Assembly (NCBI GenBank): GCA_900617105.1
Contig: UYFQ01000004.1
Coordinates: 186,001-250,000 of the forward strand
Reading direction: 5' to 3'
DNA from: Hydrurus foetidus
Lineage: Eukaryota
Length of the DNA stretch: 64,000 nt
Positions 48,634 through 59,162 of the stretch are shown in pieces. Position 1 is the first letter of the stretch; the number at the start of each line of letters is the position of its first letter. The position numbers and the translations under genes are program-made. The notes under the pieces are model-generated. The model was not told the origin of the DNA. It did no database searches and was given only the letters and a program-made list of their open reading frames with translations.

Positions 48634-49454
48634 AACGAATCCAACGGCATGGTGGCCACGACGGCCGCCGTGTTTGGTTCCAAAAATACAGTCCAGAACG
48701 AGTTTCGCCCAGCCAGCGGGAGGTACACCACCGCGTCTGCATTGCGCCCAGCCTCGGCCAGCACGCGGTCAATATCATCCGCCTGGCTGCCAAAACGCAC
48801 TTTCAGTGCGGCGGCGGGTCGCGCTGCCTTCAGTACCTCGGCGGTGGCTGCGGCGTAGGGTTGCCACAGGTCAGGTCGAGAGGACAAAGAAAGGCCCTGC
48901 AGAGCGGCCAACGTGGTTTCCATTTTTTCCTGCCCGCTCTTGAACGGGCGTAGTGCCAACAACGTGGGGCCCGTCAGGGGCAAGGCCACTACACCCGCCG
49001 GCGCCTGGGCCAGCAATTCCTGGGGCACCTCCACCGCGTGCACCACACGGAAGAGGTCGTATTCGAACACCATATGCACGGGGCGCGCAATGCACACGGT
49101 CCACAGCCCGTAACCCAAGGCGGTTAATTGCAGCACTACGACCAGCGCTAGATCACGGCGCAACACGCTCCAGGGTTTGGCCCGATTGAACACGGCCAAA
49201 GTGATCAGCGGCCCGAGGATGATATCCACCGTCACCACCAGCATAAAGAGCTCGCGCCCGCCGGAAATCTCGCGGTAGGGATAGGGGTACCACAGGCCAA
49301 ACACCAGCAGTGCAGCCAGAGAGGCCACCGCAAGACTGGCGCCCAGATGGACACCGAAGGCCTGGAAGCGGTTTTTCCAGAACAAGGCTGGAGAAGCGGC
49401 AAAGCTGGGACTGGGACTGGGACTGGGACTGGGACTGGGACTGGGACTGGGCAT
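48630..49454 (-). CDS. TfpX/TfpZ (FimB-like) type IV pilin accessory protein
   Basis: R..AFG.HL..S, WYPYPY...GG.ELF, VDIILGPL.T, RPV..VFE.D.F; next to the pilin locus. Start is 49454 or 49469. Confidence 0.85.
   Translation of the reverse strand: MPSPSPSPSPSPSPSPSFAASPALFWKNRFQAFGVHLGASLAVASLAALLVFGLWYPYPYREISGGRELFMLVVTVDIILGPLITLAVFNRAKPWSVLRRDLALVVVLQLTALGYGLWTVCIARPVHMVFEYDLFRVVHAVEVPQELLAQAPAGVVALPLTGPTLLALRPFKSGQEKMETTLAALQGLSLSSRPDLWQPYAAATAEVLKAARPAAALKVRFGSQADDIDRVLAEAGRNADAVVYLPLAGRNSFWTVFLEPNTAAVVATMPLDSF
49405..49451. repeat. Hexanucleotide microsatellite (CTGGGA)x7.8 encoding an N-terminal Pro-Ser run
   Basis: Seven full CTGGGA units plus CTGGG. Confidence 0.95.
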
Positions 49455-49726
49455 GGTAGTAGGATGCACGGGCGCTATATATGTTCCGTAAAGCTGGCAC
49501 AGGGTACAAACAAAAGCGCCAGCGCTGCGGCTACTGTACAGAATTCCCCCGTGCGGTCATGCGGTCATTCTGCGCCCGGATCAAGGCTCACGCTGATAGA
49601 TGCTGCCGCCCAACTCACATCCGCGCACCGGAGTGGCCTCTGCAAGATCAGTCGCTCACACGCAGAAGCAACAAGCGGAACCAGCCAGCTTCAGCGTGCT
49701 TCCTACACCCCCAGCCTGCCCAGTTT

Positions 49727-51451
49727 TTAAGGAAGTTCCACTTTGTCAAGTTCTGGATACTGCTCATTTAGCAAGCTGAGCCAATTTTCCTTTGCCTCCT
49801 CGTAAATATCCGCAGCAAACAACCCCTTTATCACGCGCAATTGTTGGGTCGCAGCGGCGGGGCGGTCATTCAAGCCCAGCGACAGCGCCGTACGAAACTG
49901 CATGGGCGCCCAAGAATAGCGTTTTGAAACATTGATAAGCGTTGTTAATTCTTCTGCTGTCATTCCAGGCTTCGCACGCAGCCTCATGCCCTTCAACATA
50001 TCTCCGAGCTGATTAAGAAGCAGCAACTTCGGCGGAGTGTAATCCGCTGGGGTTACCCCCATTCCTCGGTTCTCAAACCTATTAACCCTGTAATCTTCTT
50101 CCGCTCGCACATACTCATATCCCGTTACAATTAATACGGACACCCATAAGATAATAAATACTGCCAACGTCGACTTCGGAATCGTCAGTACTTTTACGTG
50201 TGCACCTTCGGTCCAGGCATCGATTCCGCCCAAAAGCAAACCTGCCAAGATCAAAAAATAGGCGTAAGCGTGCGGAAATTCCAATAAGCAATGCACAAGA
50301 AAGGGAACTAATAAAAGAAACGCATCAGCAGCATCTTTAGAAGCCAACACTCGGGGCGCACGGCGCCACCACCAAACGCCAACGATACCCAGCACAACGC
50401 ACGCTGCCGGTATGCCTATGAATAGAAACAAATCCAACACAGCGTTGTGCGCATAATTTGTTTGCTCTGTACCAGCAAGCACCAACGCACCCGCTTGCTG
50501 TGCGGCAGGAACTTGTAGCCAACCCCACCCCATCCAAGGGCTCTCGAACAAGCCAAGAATTAGTTGTTTCCAAATTAATGGGCGAGTTCCAACTGTCGCC
50601 AATTGATCAGAACCCAAAGCTATCCCAATGCCTCCCCAGTTCAAACGGGGGAACAACCACGCCGTAAAGAATAATAAGACCAGCCACAACAAGACTGATC
50701 TGCGCATCCAGAGAGCGTCTTTCGTTGGTTTGGAAAAGTGCAAAAATACTGCGGTCAACACTATCGCGGACAACAGCGCTGTACGCGATTGCGTCAAGAC
50801 AATAGTAATACCCAACAGCAAAACGGTACACCACATGACCTGTGGGCCTATGCGACTGCGATCTCGCAGTACGGCGGCCCCCACCGAGCCCATCAGCAGA
50901 ATTGTTGCGGCCTGGTTGGGTTGTCCAACATTGCCACGAGGACGTCCATTTCGAAGCCCATCAAGCACCCATCCCGCCATGGCGGACTCCACTTGCAGCC
51001 ATTGCGCCAGCACTTGAAATGAGGTCAGTAACCCCACGAATATCAAAAATATACAGAGAGACTCGGTCAAATTGGCTTTTTGCCCACGACGCACCCACTG
51101 ATAGCCCCATAACCAAGCGGCAGCAAAAGTGACCAAGTAGATAGAAGCAACCAACACGTCGCCACTATATGTAATGAACCCAGTCAACCATTGCAGGATA
51201 CTACTCAACACAAGGGCAGCGAACAGCCAAATTGCAGTTGGCAACTCAATAGCGCCAGCACTCCAGCGAAAACATGCGACCAGCGCTAGAGCGGCAACAA
51301 GAAATGCAAACACCTCCACATGGAAAGACAACCATGGAGGGAAATGAACTGAAAGCAGCCAACACACGCCAAGCAATGGCAAAAGTAAGCTGTGAAACCC
51401 TTGAGTTCGGAAAAATAAAAAGGGCTCAGTGAGCCCTTTTATAGTCAGCAT
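49727..51451 (-). CDS. PglL-family O-oligosaccharyltransferase (O-antigen ligase-like, Wzy_C)
   Basis: H.PPWLSF..E, RPRGNVGQPNQ, LTQSRT, PWMGWGW, AHNAVLDL, HCLLEFP; start uncertain. Confidence 0.88.
   Translation of the reverse strand: MLTIKGLTEPFLFFRTQGFHSLLLPLLGVCWLLSVHFPPWLSFHVEVFAFLVAALALVACFRWSAGAIELPTAIWLFAALVLSSILQWLTGFITYSGDVLVASIYLVTFAAAWLWGYQWVRRGQKANLTESLCIFLIFVGLLTSFQVLAQWLQVESAMAGWVLDGLRNGRPRGNVGQPNQAATILLMGSVGAAVLRDRSRIGPQVMWCTVLLLGITIVLTQSRTALLSAIVLTAVFLHFSKPTKDALWMRRSVLLWLVLLFFTAWLFPRLNWGGIGIALGSDQLATVGTRPLIWKQLILGLFESPWMGWGWLQVPAAQQAGALVLAGTEQTNYAHNAVLDLFLFIGIPAACVVLGIVGVWWWRRAPRVLASKDAADAFLLLVPFLVHCLLEFPHAYAYFLILAGLLLGGIDAWTEGAHVKVLTIPKSTLAVFIILWVSVLIVTGYEYVRAEEDYRVNRFENRGMGVTPADYTPPKLLLLNQLGDMLKGMRLRAKPGMTAEELTTLINVSKRYSWAPMQFRTALSLGLNDRPAAATQQLRVIKGLFAADIYEEAKENWLSLLNEQYPELDKVELP
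51415..51442 (-). terminator. Rho-independent terminator after the pilin gene
   Basis: AAAAGGGCTC-AGT-GAGCCCTTTT hairpin flanked by A/T runs, ~20 bp after the pilin stop. Confidence 0.8.
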
Positions 51452-51462
51452 GACTGCGTCAA

Positions 51463-51963
51463 TTAAGGTGCAGTATATGTATTTGCAAAACCCGTCAAAG
51501 CTTTGACTGTCGTATCGCGGCACGAACCAGGCAAGTATTTTGCGTTGACGGTTCCAGGGCCACACAACCAGCCGGTTACAACAGAACCAGGGACGACCGG
51601 AGCAGCCAATCCTGTGGGGGCCATGATCATCGTTCCGGTATCAGTCGCTGTAGGCAATCCCTGGCTAGTAACTTGAATTGCACCACCAGCATTCGTTGCA
51701 ATTTCTTTAATGTACTTAGTAGTTGCGATCGAAGACTCACAACCCCAACCACCAGCTACAAATGCCGAAGCCGCTGAGGCAGTTTGCACTGTTTCTGTAA
51801 TGCTGGTGCGGCACTGAGATGCAGCCAAAATCACCTCAGACATCTTGGCACGCACCGTGTAGTCTTGGTATGCGGGCAACGCCACAGCAGCCAAAATACC
51901 GATGATCGCAACCACTATCATCAATTCAATCAGGGTAAAACCCTTTTGCAAAGAACGCTTCAT
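51463..51963 (-). CDS. pilA: Type IVa major pilin
   Basis: [36 protein letters not shown]-terminal Cys pair WLC...LPGSC. Confidence 0.96.
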   Translation of the reverse strand: MKRSLQKGFTLIELMIVVAIIGILAAVALPAYQDYTVRAKMSEVILAASQCRTSITETVQTASAASAFVAGGWGCESSIATTKYIKEIATNAGGAIQVTSQGLPTATDTGTMIMAPTGLAAPVVPGSVVTGWLCGPGTVNAKYLPGSCRDTTVKALTGFANTYTAP

Positions 51964-52001
51964 AAAAAACTCCAAAAACAAGTTAAGAGACGCGTATCAC
52001 C

Positions 52002-52016
52002 GCAGGCTTCGTGCCA
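52002..52016 (-). promoter_or_regulatory. Putative sigma-54 promoter of pilA
   Basis: Minus strand TGGCAC-GAAGC-CTGC versus consensus TGGCAC-N5-TTGC, ~40 bp upstream of the ATG. Confidence 0.75.
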
Positions 52017-52134
52017 AGTTGGTAAACATAGGGTATACCCCTAACACAGGGTGCATCTATTACGCCAATTCGACGCCAGCCTACAAAACGTAGGCGATTC
52101 GCCAATTGTTGCCAAATAAGGCCTGCCATTTTTG

Positions 52135-54555
52135 TCACTTGATGCACACTTGGCGGACCATTTTGAGATCCGTCATCCCCATCATGATCTTCTCCATACC
52201 ATCCATCTTGAGGGTGCGCATTCCACCCTCCACCGCAGCAGAGAACAGCTCAGCCACGCGCGCGCGCTCTTGGATCAGCCTCTTCACCAAGTCGTCAGCC
52301 ACCATCAGCTCATGCAGGCCAACTCGTCCCTTGTACCCGGTCTTGTTGCATTTGTCGCACCCTACGGCTTTATAGAGTTTGAGCTGCCCACCTTCGCCAT
52401 AGGTCTCCATCCACTTGCCGACCATTTTTTTGCTTTCGCCCGCATAGTCCTGTTTCCAGGTTTGCGTGTGGCGCAACTCTTCGGCGTACTCAGCGGCGAA
52501 AAGTCGCAGCTCTTCTGCATCTGGCACGTAGGCGGCCTTGCAGTCACATAACTTCTTGGCCAAGCGCTGCGCCAAGATGCCCAACAGCGCATCGGCAAAG
52601 TTGAACGGGTCCATGCCCATGTCGAGCAGTCGGGTGATGGATTCGGGGGCAGAGTTGGTGTGCAGTGTAGAAAACACCAAGTGCCCTGTCAGCGATGCCT
52701 CCACACCCATGGACACCGTCTCCTTGTCCCGTGACTCACCCACCATGATGATGTCCGGGTCCGCCCGCAAAAAGGCTCGCATCACCAAGGCAAAGTCAAT
52801 TCCGGCTTTTTTGTTGATCTGAACCTGCCGCAATCCCTTTTGCGTAATTTCCACCGGATCTTCAGCGGTCCAAATCTTGGTATCCGGAGTATTGAGGAAT
52901 TTGAGAATGGAATGCAGCGTGGTGGTTTTGCCCGAGCCCGTAGGCCCACACACATAGAACAGGCCGTATGGCTTGCTAACGGTGGCTTCCAAACGAGATT
53001 TGTTATGCGGAGTCAGGCCTAGCTTTTCCAGCGGGATGGGTTCGCCCGCCGCCAATATCCGCATGACTACATCTTCCACACCGCCGGAAGAGGGAATGGT
53101 GGCCACACGCAACTCTATATCCAAGGGGCCGTATTTTTTGAATTTGATTTTTCCGTCTTGCGGCTTGCGGCGCTCGGAAATATCCAGGTCACACATGATT
53201 TTCAGGCGGGTCACCATGGCCTGTCTGAAATGTGCTGGCACTTCTACATAGGGCACCAGGCTGCCATCAATGCGAAAGCGTATGCCAGTCTTGAACTTGC
53301 CTGGCATGGGCTCAATGTGGATGTCCGACACCTTTTGGTTATAGGCGTCGATGATGACCTTGTTGACGAACTTCACCAGCTCGTTGTCCGCCGCTGCTGA
53401 CTCCAGGGACTCATCATTGCTCCCATCGTCGATGGGAGCGCCATCCATATCGGCAAGCAGCTGGTCAATCGTTCCGCTATCTGCAGCGGCACCAAATAAC
53501 TGCGCCAACGTCTCCCGAAACTCGACCAACGTCGTCACCCGGTAGGCAAACTTGGTAGCTCGGGGAAACACTTGGGGCACGACTCGAGAACCCTTGACCG
53601 CCTCCGGATCCACGCACATGATGACCAAGCCGTCGGTGGACTCCTCCAACGGCATCCATTCCTGTTCTTCGATGAACTCGCGCTTAAGAGCGCCTTGCAA
53701 CATTTCTGATCGAATGCGCCCGGAATTGAAGGGTTCGTAGGGAACACTAAAGAACTTGGCGAGCGCACTCCCTAACTGCGCCGGTTTGACGTTGTAGTCA
53801 GCCATTAGTCGGTGCTCCACCGGCTGTCCTTCATGGCGTGCATCCTGCACGCACTGTGCGAGCTCTTGTTCGGTCAGAATGCCGTCCGAAATCAATCCGT
53901 CGTATTTGGTGGTCTTGCGCTGCATGACGCCTTCCGTGCCTTTGACACGCTGGCGAATAGCCGTAGCCAGTGTTTTGCACAACTCAGTAACACCATCCAC
54001 TTCAAGCTCACCAAAGGGCTCATCACTTTTATTGTTGATGACCTGCAGAACCCCATGCAAGGTTCCGCCGTCCATGATGGGCGCTACCAGCATTTGCTTC
54101 GTGCGATATCCAGAGCGTTTGTCTACCTCTTTCAAGAACGTCAAAGACGGATGAATTCGCTTAAGCGCATCCTCGTCATAAACGTCTGGCAAATTCAGGG
54201 CAGCTCGACTGAATGCGGCGTAGCCTGCAAGGCTCTGCGGAGAGATCGGTAACTTGAGATCACGGCTGCTGTTCAGCCCTGTTTTGATCTTGGAAACAAT
54301 TGCCGTCTGATCCTCAGTCACCGCATACAAGGTCAGCCGATCTGCATTGAGCAGCTTGCAAATCTCTTGGCTAGTTTCCAGCATGATCTGCTCGAGTTGC
54401 TCCGTATCGTGAATACGCGCTGTGACTTGGTGCAGTTGCCGGTAAAAAAGCGCCTCGAAGGTCATGCCTCTCTTTTTGGACGGCAACTTCTGCGACTCAA
54501 AGAAAGCCTGTTCGGACGAACGCTCCGCTCCTCCGGGCTGAACAACCGCGCTCAT
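52135..54555 (-). CDS. GspE/PilB-family ATPase with N-terminal GAF domain
   Basis: GAF (LNADRLTLY, D..SGYRTKQML..P, GVLQVINNK); SDIHIEP, GPTGSGKTTT, LRADPDIIMVGE, TLHTN. Confidence 0.92.
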   Translation of the reverse strand: MSAVVQPGGAERSSEQAFFESQKLPSKKRGMTFEALFYRQLHQVTARIHDTEQLEQIMLETSQEICKLLNADRLTLYAVTEDQTAIVSKIKTGLNSSRDLKLPISPQSLAGYAAFSRAALNLPDVYDEDALKRIHPSLTFLKEVDKRSGYRTKQMLVAPIMDGGTLHGVLQVINNKSDEPFGELEVDGVTELCKTLATAIRQRVKGTEGVMQRKTTKYDGLISDGILTEQELAQCVQDARHEGQPVEHRLMADYNVKPAQLGSALAKFFSVPYEPFNSGRIRSEMLQGALKREFIEEQEWMPLEESTDGLVIMCVDPEAVKGSRVVPQVFPRATKFAYRVTTLVEFRETLAQLFGAAADSGTIDQLLADMDGAPIDDGSNDESLESAAADNELVKFVNKVIIDAYNQKVSDIHIEPMPGKFKTGIRFRIDGSLVPYVEVPAHFRQAMVTRLKIMCDLDISERRKPQDGKIKFKKYGPLDIELRVATIPSSGGVEDVVMRILAAGEPIPLEKLGLTPHNKSRLEATVSKPYGLFYVCGPTGSGKTTTLHSILKFLNTPDTKIWTAEDPVEITQKGLRQVQINKKAGIDFALVMRAFLRADPDIIMVGESRDKETVSMGVEASLTGHLVFSTLHTNSAPESITRLLDMGMDPFNFADALLGILAQRLAKKLCDCKAAYVPDAEELRLFAAEYAEELRHTQTWKQDYAGESKKMVGKWMETYGEGGQLKLYKAVGCDKCNKTGYKGRVGLHELMVADDLVKRLIQERARVAELFSAAVEGGMRTLKMDGMEKIMMGMTDLKMVRQVCIK

Positions 54556-55343
54556 ATTTCAAACTCCTGCCCCGCACGTAGCCATCGAATGTCATGCGTA
54601 ACATCCGGCCCGAAAGGCAGGGTCTGATCGAATCGCTGTATCTCAGCCATGATCAACTCGGTTTCCGCTGGCTTGGTGTGGGTGATGTAAATGGGAAAAC
54701 TTTTGCCCTTGCGAATGCAGTCCAGCTCCTTCGCCAGTGCACTGGGCGACAAATGCAGACTCTTGCGGGCCAATTCTTTCTCACGGTTGCTGAACGCTGT
54801 TTCAATAACCAGCATGGCAACATCCAGTTGGTTTATACGGGTCCACAAAGCAGGGTTACGCTCTGTATCACCCGTAAAGACCCAATACCCCGCTCCGGCA
54901 GAGACCGCGTACCCAACTGCTGGCACTGTATGCACGGCGGGCAATACCTCAATGCGGCTCTCCGCCATTTCCAATACTTGGCCTACCTGGATTTCCACAA
55001 ACCGGACAAACGGCGCCTCTACGGTAGGGATTCGCGAAAAGTCGGGCCAAATGACATCGTTAAAGATATGCGCCTTAAGCGCTGCTATCGTGCCTGGCAA
55101 TGCATAAATGGCAATCGGCGATTTCCGCTGCGACGCCACAGCATCCACCATCAGCGGCAGTGCCGCAATATGGTCCAAGTGCGAATGGGTCAGGAACACA
55201 TGGTCGATCTGGCGCATTTCATTCAGCGTCAGATCGCCCACACCGGTTCCTGCGTCCACCAAAATTTGGCGACCCACAAGAAATGAGGTGGTCCGGCATT
55301 CTTGGGCAATGGCGCCCGAGCAGCCAAGTACGCGTACTTTCAC
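54552..55343 (-). CDS. Metallo-beta-lactamase-fold 3',5'-cyclic nucleotide phosphodiesterase (class II-like)
   Basis: VLGCSG, LVDAGTG, THSHLDHI, HIFNDVIWPDF, HLSP. Confidence 0.85.
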   Translation of the reverse strand: MKVRVLGCSGAIAQECRTTSFLVGRQILVDAGTGVGDLTLNEMRQIDHVFLTHSHLDHIAALPLMVDAVASQRKSPIAIYALPGTIAALKAHIFNDVIWPDFSRIPTVEAPFVRFVEIQVGQVLEMAESRIEVLPAVHTVPAVGYAVSAGAGYWVFTGDTERNPALWTRINQLDVAMLVIETAFSNREKELARKSLHLSPSALAKELDCIRKGKSFPIYITHTKPAETELIMAEIQRFDQTLPFGPDVTHDIRWLRAGQEFEI

Positions 55344-55353
55344 AAACGAGGCC

Positions 55354-57603
55354 CTATTTGGTTTCGAAGTTGGTGGCGCCGTCCCATTCTGGATCGAATG
55401 GGAGCAGCCGCATAGAGGCTACCCGCTCTGAGTACAACTGGTAAAGGTATTTTTTGGCATTCATGCGCATCAGATTGATGAGCAACACATCCGCTTGGTC
55501 CCAATTTTGGGCTCGGTAGGCCTTCAGGAATTGCGCCCAAGTCTTGACCTCATCGGTTACCTCGGTACTTACCCGTGCGAGAGGTGCCATCGGCCAAAAG
55601 ATCGAAACCGCCTGTTCCTTGCCCTTAACCCGAACCCGATCGAGCTCCTGCCAAGCAAATTCCGGGGCCAACTTGCGGGTGGATTCACTCACCACAATAT
55701 CCACCCCGTAAGCCTTGGAAAGGCCTTCAAGGCGGGATCCCAAATTAACCGCATCCCCAATGACGGTGTAACTGCGTCGAATATTGGATCCCATGTCGCC
55801 AACACACATATTGCCGGTGTTCAAGCCAATCCCGATCCCGATCTCCGGCAAGCCCTTGGCGCGATGCTCTAAATTAATTTCCCGAATGGCGTTGGCCATC
55901 TCCATGGAGGACTTGACTGCCAAATGGGCGTGCTCGGCCGTCTCCACCGGCGCCCCCCAAAACGCCATGACGCAATCACCCATGTATTTGTCGATCGTTC
56001 CCCGATTCGCGCGAATCAAGCTGGTCAGGCGACTGAACACACCAGTGAGCAATTCCTGCAACTGCGTAGGCTCCATCCTCTCCGACATTTTGGTGAAACC
56101 ACGCATATCGCAAAACATTACCGTCAGCTCCCGATTCGTGGCCTTCATGCTGTAGCTGTCGGGATCTTTCACCATCTCGTCTACCAGCTCGGGCGGAACA
56201 TAGGTACCAAACAGATTGGCCAAGTCACGCTTGGAACGGCTTTCCACAAAGTAGCCGTAGCTCATATTCAGGCCAAAGGCGGTAATGGCCATGGTGAGTG
56301 CCGAAGCCAGTGGCAGCACCAATCCATAGGACAGGTAAAGCCACAGGTTGGTGAGCACTAACACGCTCACTACAGCCACGCTCAAGAGCACCGCCAGTGG
56401 TGCCGACAACAAAGGCAAACCGATGGCTAACAGCAACCCTGCCAAAGTGAGAACGACAACCTCGTAACCCACCGCATAGTCCGGCTTCACCGATACGCTT
56501 CCATCCAGCAGCGCGGAAATAATATTGGCATGGGTTTCTACTCCCGGGTAGGCCTCTCCCACCGGGGTCACACGCAAATCCAGCAGACCAGGCGCCGTTG
56601 TGCCCAACAAAATGATTTTGTCTTTCAAGCTGTGCGGTGGCAGCTTTTTGGACAACACATCCGATGCTGACACATACTGGAAAGACCCGCCATGCACACC
56701 ACCCCGCCCCCGATAAGGCACGAGCGTAGCTACGCGCTCATCGACTGGAATGGCAAGGGCTTTTTCTCCTTGCTTGAGCAACACACGGTCCATACCCTGG
56801 TAGCTGCGAGCCAAGAATTTTTCATTGGAAAACCCCGGCGCCACTTTGGGCATACCAGCAATTACACGAAACATCGCCAGAGAGAGGGACTCGTAATACT
56901 GACCTTTGTATTCGGCCAAGAGGGGCAATGCCCGAACCACCCCATCCGCATCAGTGATGGAATTGAAAAACCCAGCCAATGGCGCAGCCTTGGCTAATTG
57001 GTCAATGTTGGAGCCGAATCCATTCCAGGACGTGGCCTTGATGGGCCTTCCCTGCAAGACGTCCGGTGTCAGTACTGGGGTCGGCAAAGTCCCATTGGAA
57101 CGCCCCTCACCATCGCTCGTCAGGTAATACCCCATGACCACAGGGCGATTGGTAACGGCACGGGCAAAGGCGGCGTCGAAATCAAGTTCTGGCTGCAATT
57201 GACGCAATCGTTCAGCGAAGCCAGCTTGGTCACGAAATTCGTTGCGCGCCAGCTCGTTCAGTCGGGTCAGGCCGGAGCTCTCGTCCGCCTCGGCAAAGAC
57301 TACGTCAAAACCAAGAAGCGCGATCTGCTGTTCATCAAACAATGAAGTGACAAGCTGCGCAAGTTTGTTTCGGCCCCAAGGCCAGCGCCCGACTTCTGCC
57401 AAGCTTTTTTCGTCAATATTGACGATGACAATCCGATCATCCTGGGTGTTCGGCATGGTGGCCCGCAGGCGTGCGTCATAAATGATGTCATCCAGACGCT
57501 GTAATACACCTATGCGCACCGCACCCACCGCATGCAGCAGGGCCAAAATCACAGGGATCAGAGTCACCGCGATGCGGGGCCAATGCCTTGTTAACGACCG
57601 CAT
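55354..57603 (-). CDS. CHASE2-domain class III adenylate/guanylate cyclase
   Basis: IDEKSL..VGRWPW.R (CHASE2); MFCDMRGFT, IDKYMGDCVMA, YTVIGDAVNLGSRLE. Confidence 0.93.
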   Translation of the reverse strand: MRSLTRHWPRIAVTLIPVILALLHAVGAVRIGVLQRLDDIIYDARLRATMPNTQDDRIVIVNIDEKSLAEVGRWPWGRNKLAQLVTSLFDEQQIALLGFDVVFAEADESSGLTRLNELARNEFRDQAGFAERLRQLQPELDFDAAFARAVTNRPVVMGYYLTSDGEGRSNGTLPTPVLTPDVLQGRPIKATSWNGFGSNIDQLAKAAPLAGFFNSITDADGVVRALPLLAEYKGQYYESLSLAMFRVIAGMPKVAPGFSNEKFLARSYQGMDRVLLKQGEKALAIPVDERVATLVPYRGRGGVHGGSFQYVSASDVLSKKLPPHSLKDKIILLGTTAPGLLDLRVTPVGEAYPGVETHANIISALLDGSVSVKPDYAVGYEVVVLTLAGLLLAIGLPLLSAPLAVLLSVAVVSVLVLTNLWLYLSYGLVLPLASALTMAITAFGLNMSYGYFVESRSKRDLANLFGTYVPPELVDEMVKDPDSYSMKATNRELTVMFCDMRGFTKMSERMEPTQLQELLTGVFSRLTSLIRANRGTIDKYMGDCVMAFWGAPVETAEHAHLAVKSSMEMANAIREINLEHRAKGLPEIGIGIGLNTGNMCVGDMGSNIRRSYTVIGDAVNLGSRLEGLSKAYGVDIVVSESTRKLAPEFAWQELDRVRVKGKEQAVSIFWPMAPLARVSTEVTDEVKTWAQFLKAYRAQNWDQADVLLINLMRMNAKKYLYQLYSERVASMRLLPFDPEWDGATNFETK

Positions 57604-57657
57604 CTCAAACCAGGCTGAATTCCAATCTGCATGTGATCAGGCCGGATCGTGGCCGAC

Positions 57658-58323
57658 TCAGGTTTGGACGAATTGCATTTGTGTTCCCGCCAACTCGACC
57701 AAATCGCCGTTTTTGAGCGAAATGGGATCAGAGCCAATGGGAGCGCCGTTCAGGGTTGGGTTGCCTGCACCTTCTACATGGTGCACAACATAACCATGTT
57801 GTCGCCTTGTGATAGCCGCGACTGCGACCCCGGGCTTGCCAATAGTGGTCACCACCTTGGTCAAGGGCACTTCACGTCCCGAAGCCGCACCCGAAAGCAC
57901 CTTGATCGCTGCATGGAATGCACCGATGCCGGTAGAGTCACCCGCAGAAGTGGGGTAGCCAGAAGCAGGAGCCGCTTGCGGTGCCACTGCCGGGCGCGCC
58001 CGGACCACCATGGTTTTGTCAAAGTTGTCAGCAACACCGTCGCCAACAAACTTGATCTTGTATTTGCCAATCTCAATACCATCGCCGTTTTGCAGCCGCT
58101 GTTTTTTGACAGCCTTGCCGTTCACGTAGGTGCCATTAGTGCTGTTCAAATCTTCCAGAAAAACTTCGCTACCGGTCATTTGGAGCACGGCGTGCTCACC
58201 GCTGACGGCGAGGTTATCTATCACGATGTCGTTGTAGGGACGGCGACCCAACGTCGTGCGCTCCTTGGTGAGCTGAACTTCCTTGATCACGACCTCATCG
58301 ATCGAAACGATCATTTTCGGCAT
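57658..58323 (-). CDS. FHA-domain protein (tandem FHA-like)
   Basis: LGRRPYNDI, VSGEHA, DLNSTNGTYVNG. Confidence 0.92.
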   Translation of the reverse strand: MPKMIVSIDEVVIKEVQLTKERTTLGRRPYNDIVIDNLAVSGEHAVLQMTGSEVFLEDLNSTNGTYVNGKAVKKQRLQNGDGIEIGKYKIKFVGDGVADNFDKTMVVRARPAVAPQAAPASGYPTSAGDSTGIGAFHAAIKVLSGAASGREVPLTKVVTTIGKPGVAVAAITRRQHGYVVHHVEGAGNPTLNGAPIGSDPISLKNGDLVELAGTQMQFVQT

Positions 58324-58369
58324 GATCGACTCCTTTTCCTGTAATTGGTTTTTGGAAAATTTAACAACT

Positions 58370-59155
58370 CTACTTCCCTAGCAGCCGCGCGATCAAGCCA
58401 CGCTTTTCCGCTGCCTCACTCGCAGAGACTATCAGCACGGAAATATTGTCCCGCCCGCCATTGTCGTTGGCCGCATCGATCAACAAGCCCGCCATTTGAT
58501 CCAAACTAGACTCGCCAACGGCAATTCTAGCGATTAGTTCATCGTCAACCATATCCGACAAGCCGTCTGAGCACATCAGATACAGGTCGCCGGGCTCCAC
58601 CACATGCTCGTTGACATCCAGCATCACGACCTCTTCCACGCCCAAGGCCCGCGTAACCAGATTCTTAATAGACGAGGTAGCCGCCTGCTCTTGGGTAATC
58701 AGCCCTGCATCAATTTGTTCTTGCAGCAGAGAGTGATCCTTGGTGATTTGAGTCAGTTGCCCCTCCCGAAGCCGATAACAACGGGAGTCGCCAATATGGC
58801 CCAGCAGCAAACGGTCTTCGCGAAAAACGCCCACTACCAAGGTGGTCCCCATGCCGGAATAGGCCGCATTGGAGTTGGCGGAATTGAAAATTGCCAAATT
58901 GGCGTTATCCACGCAAATTTCCATCGCCCGGCGCACTTCTTTCGCCTGCGCCGTAGCGCCCGCCGCCAACACCCATCGGCTCAACTCCGATTTGATGAAT
59001 GCAGTGGCCATACCGCTGGCAATCTCGCCTGCGTTGTAACCACCCATTCCGTCCGCCAGAACCGCTACCCGGGCAGCTTCTTCAAAAGCAACGGAATCTT
59101 CATTGTTATCGCGGGCGCGGCCAGGGTCGGTTTGCGCACAAAATTGGTACATCAT
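58370..59155 (-). CDS. PP2C-type Ser/Thr phosphatase
   Basis: TDPGRAR.NNED, ADGMGG, GDSRCY, CSDGL, GGRDNIS. Confidence 0.94.
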   Translation of the reverse strand: MMYQFCAQTDPGRARDNNEDSVAFEEAARVAVLADGMGGYNAGEIASGMATAFIKSELSRWVLAAGATAQAKEVRRAMEICVDNANLAIFNSANSNAAYSGMGTTLVVGVFREDRLLLGHIGDSRCYRLREGQLTQITKDHSLLQEQIDAGLITQEQAATSSIKNLVTRALGVEEVVMLDVNEHVVEPGDLYLMCSDGLSDMVDDELIARIAVGESSLDQMAGLLIDAANDNGGRDNISVLIVSASEAAEKRGLIARLLGK

Positions 59156-59162
59156 TGTTGTT

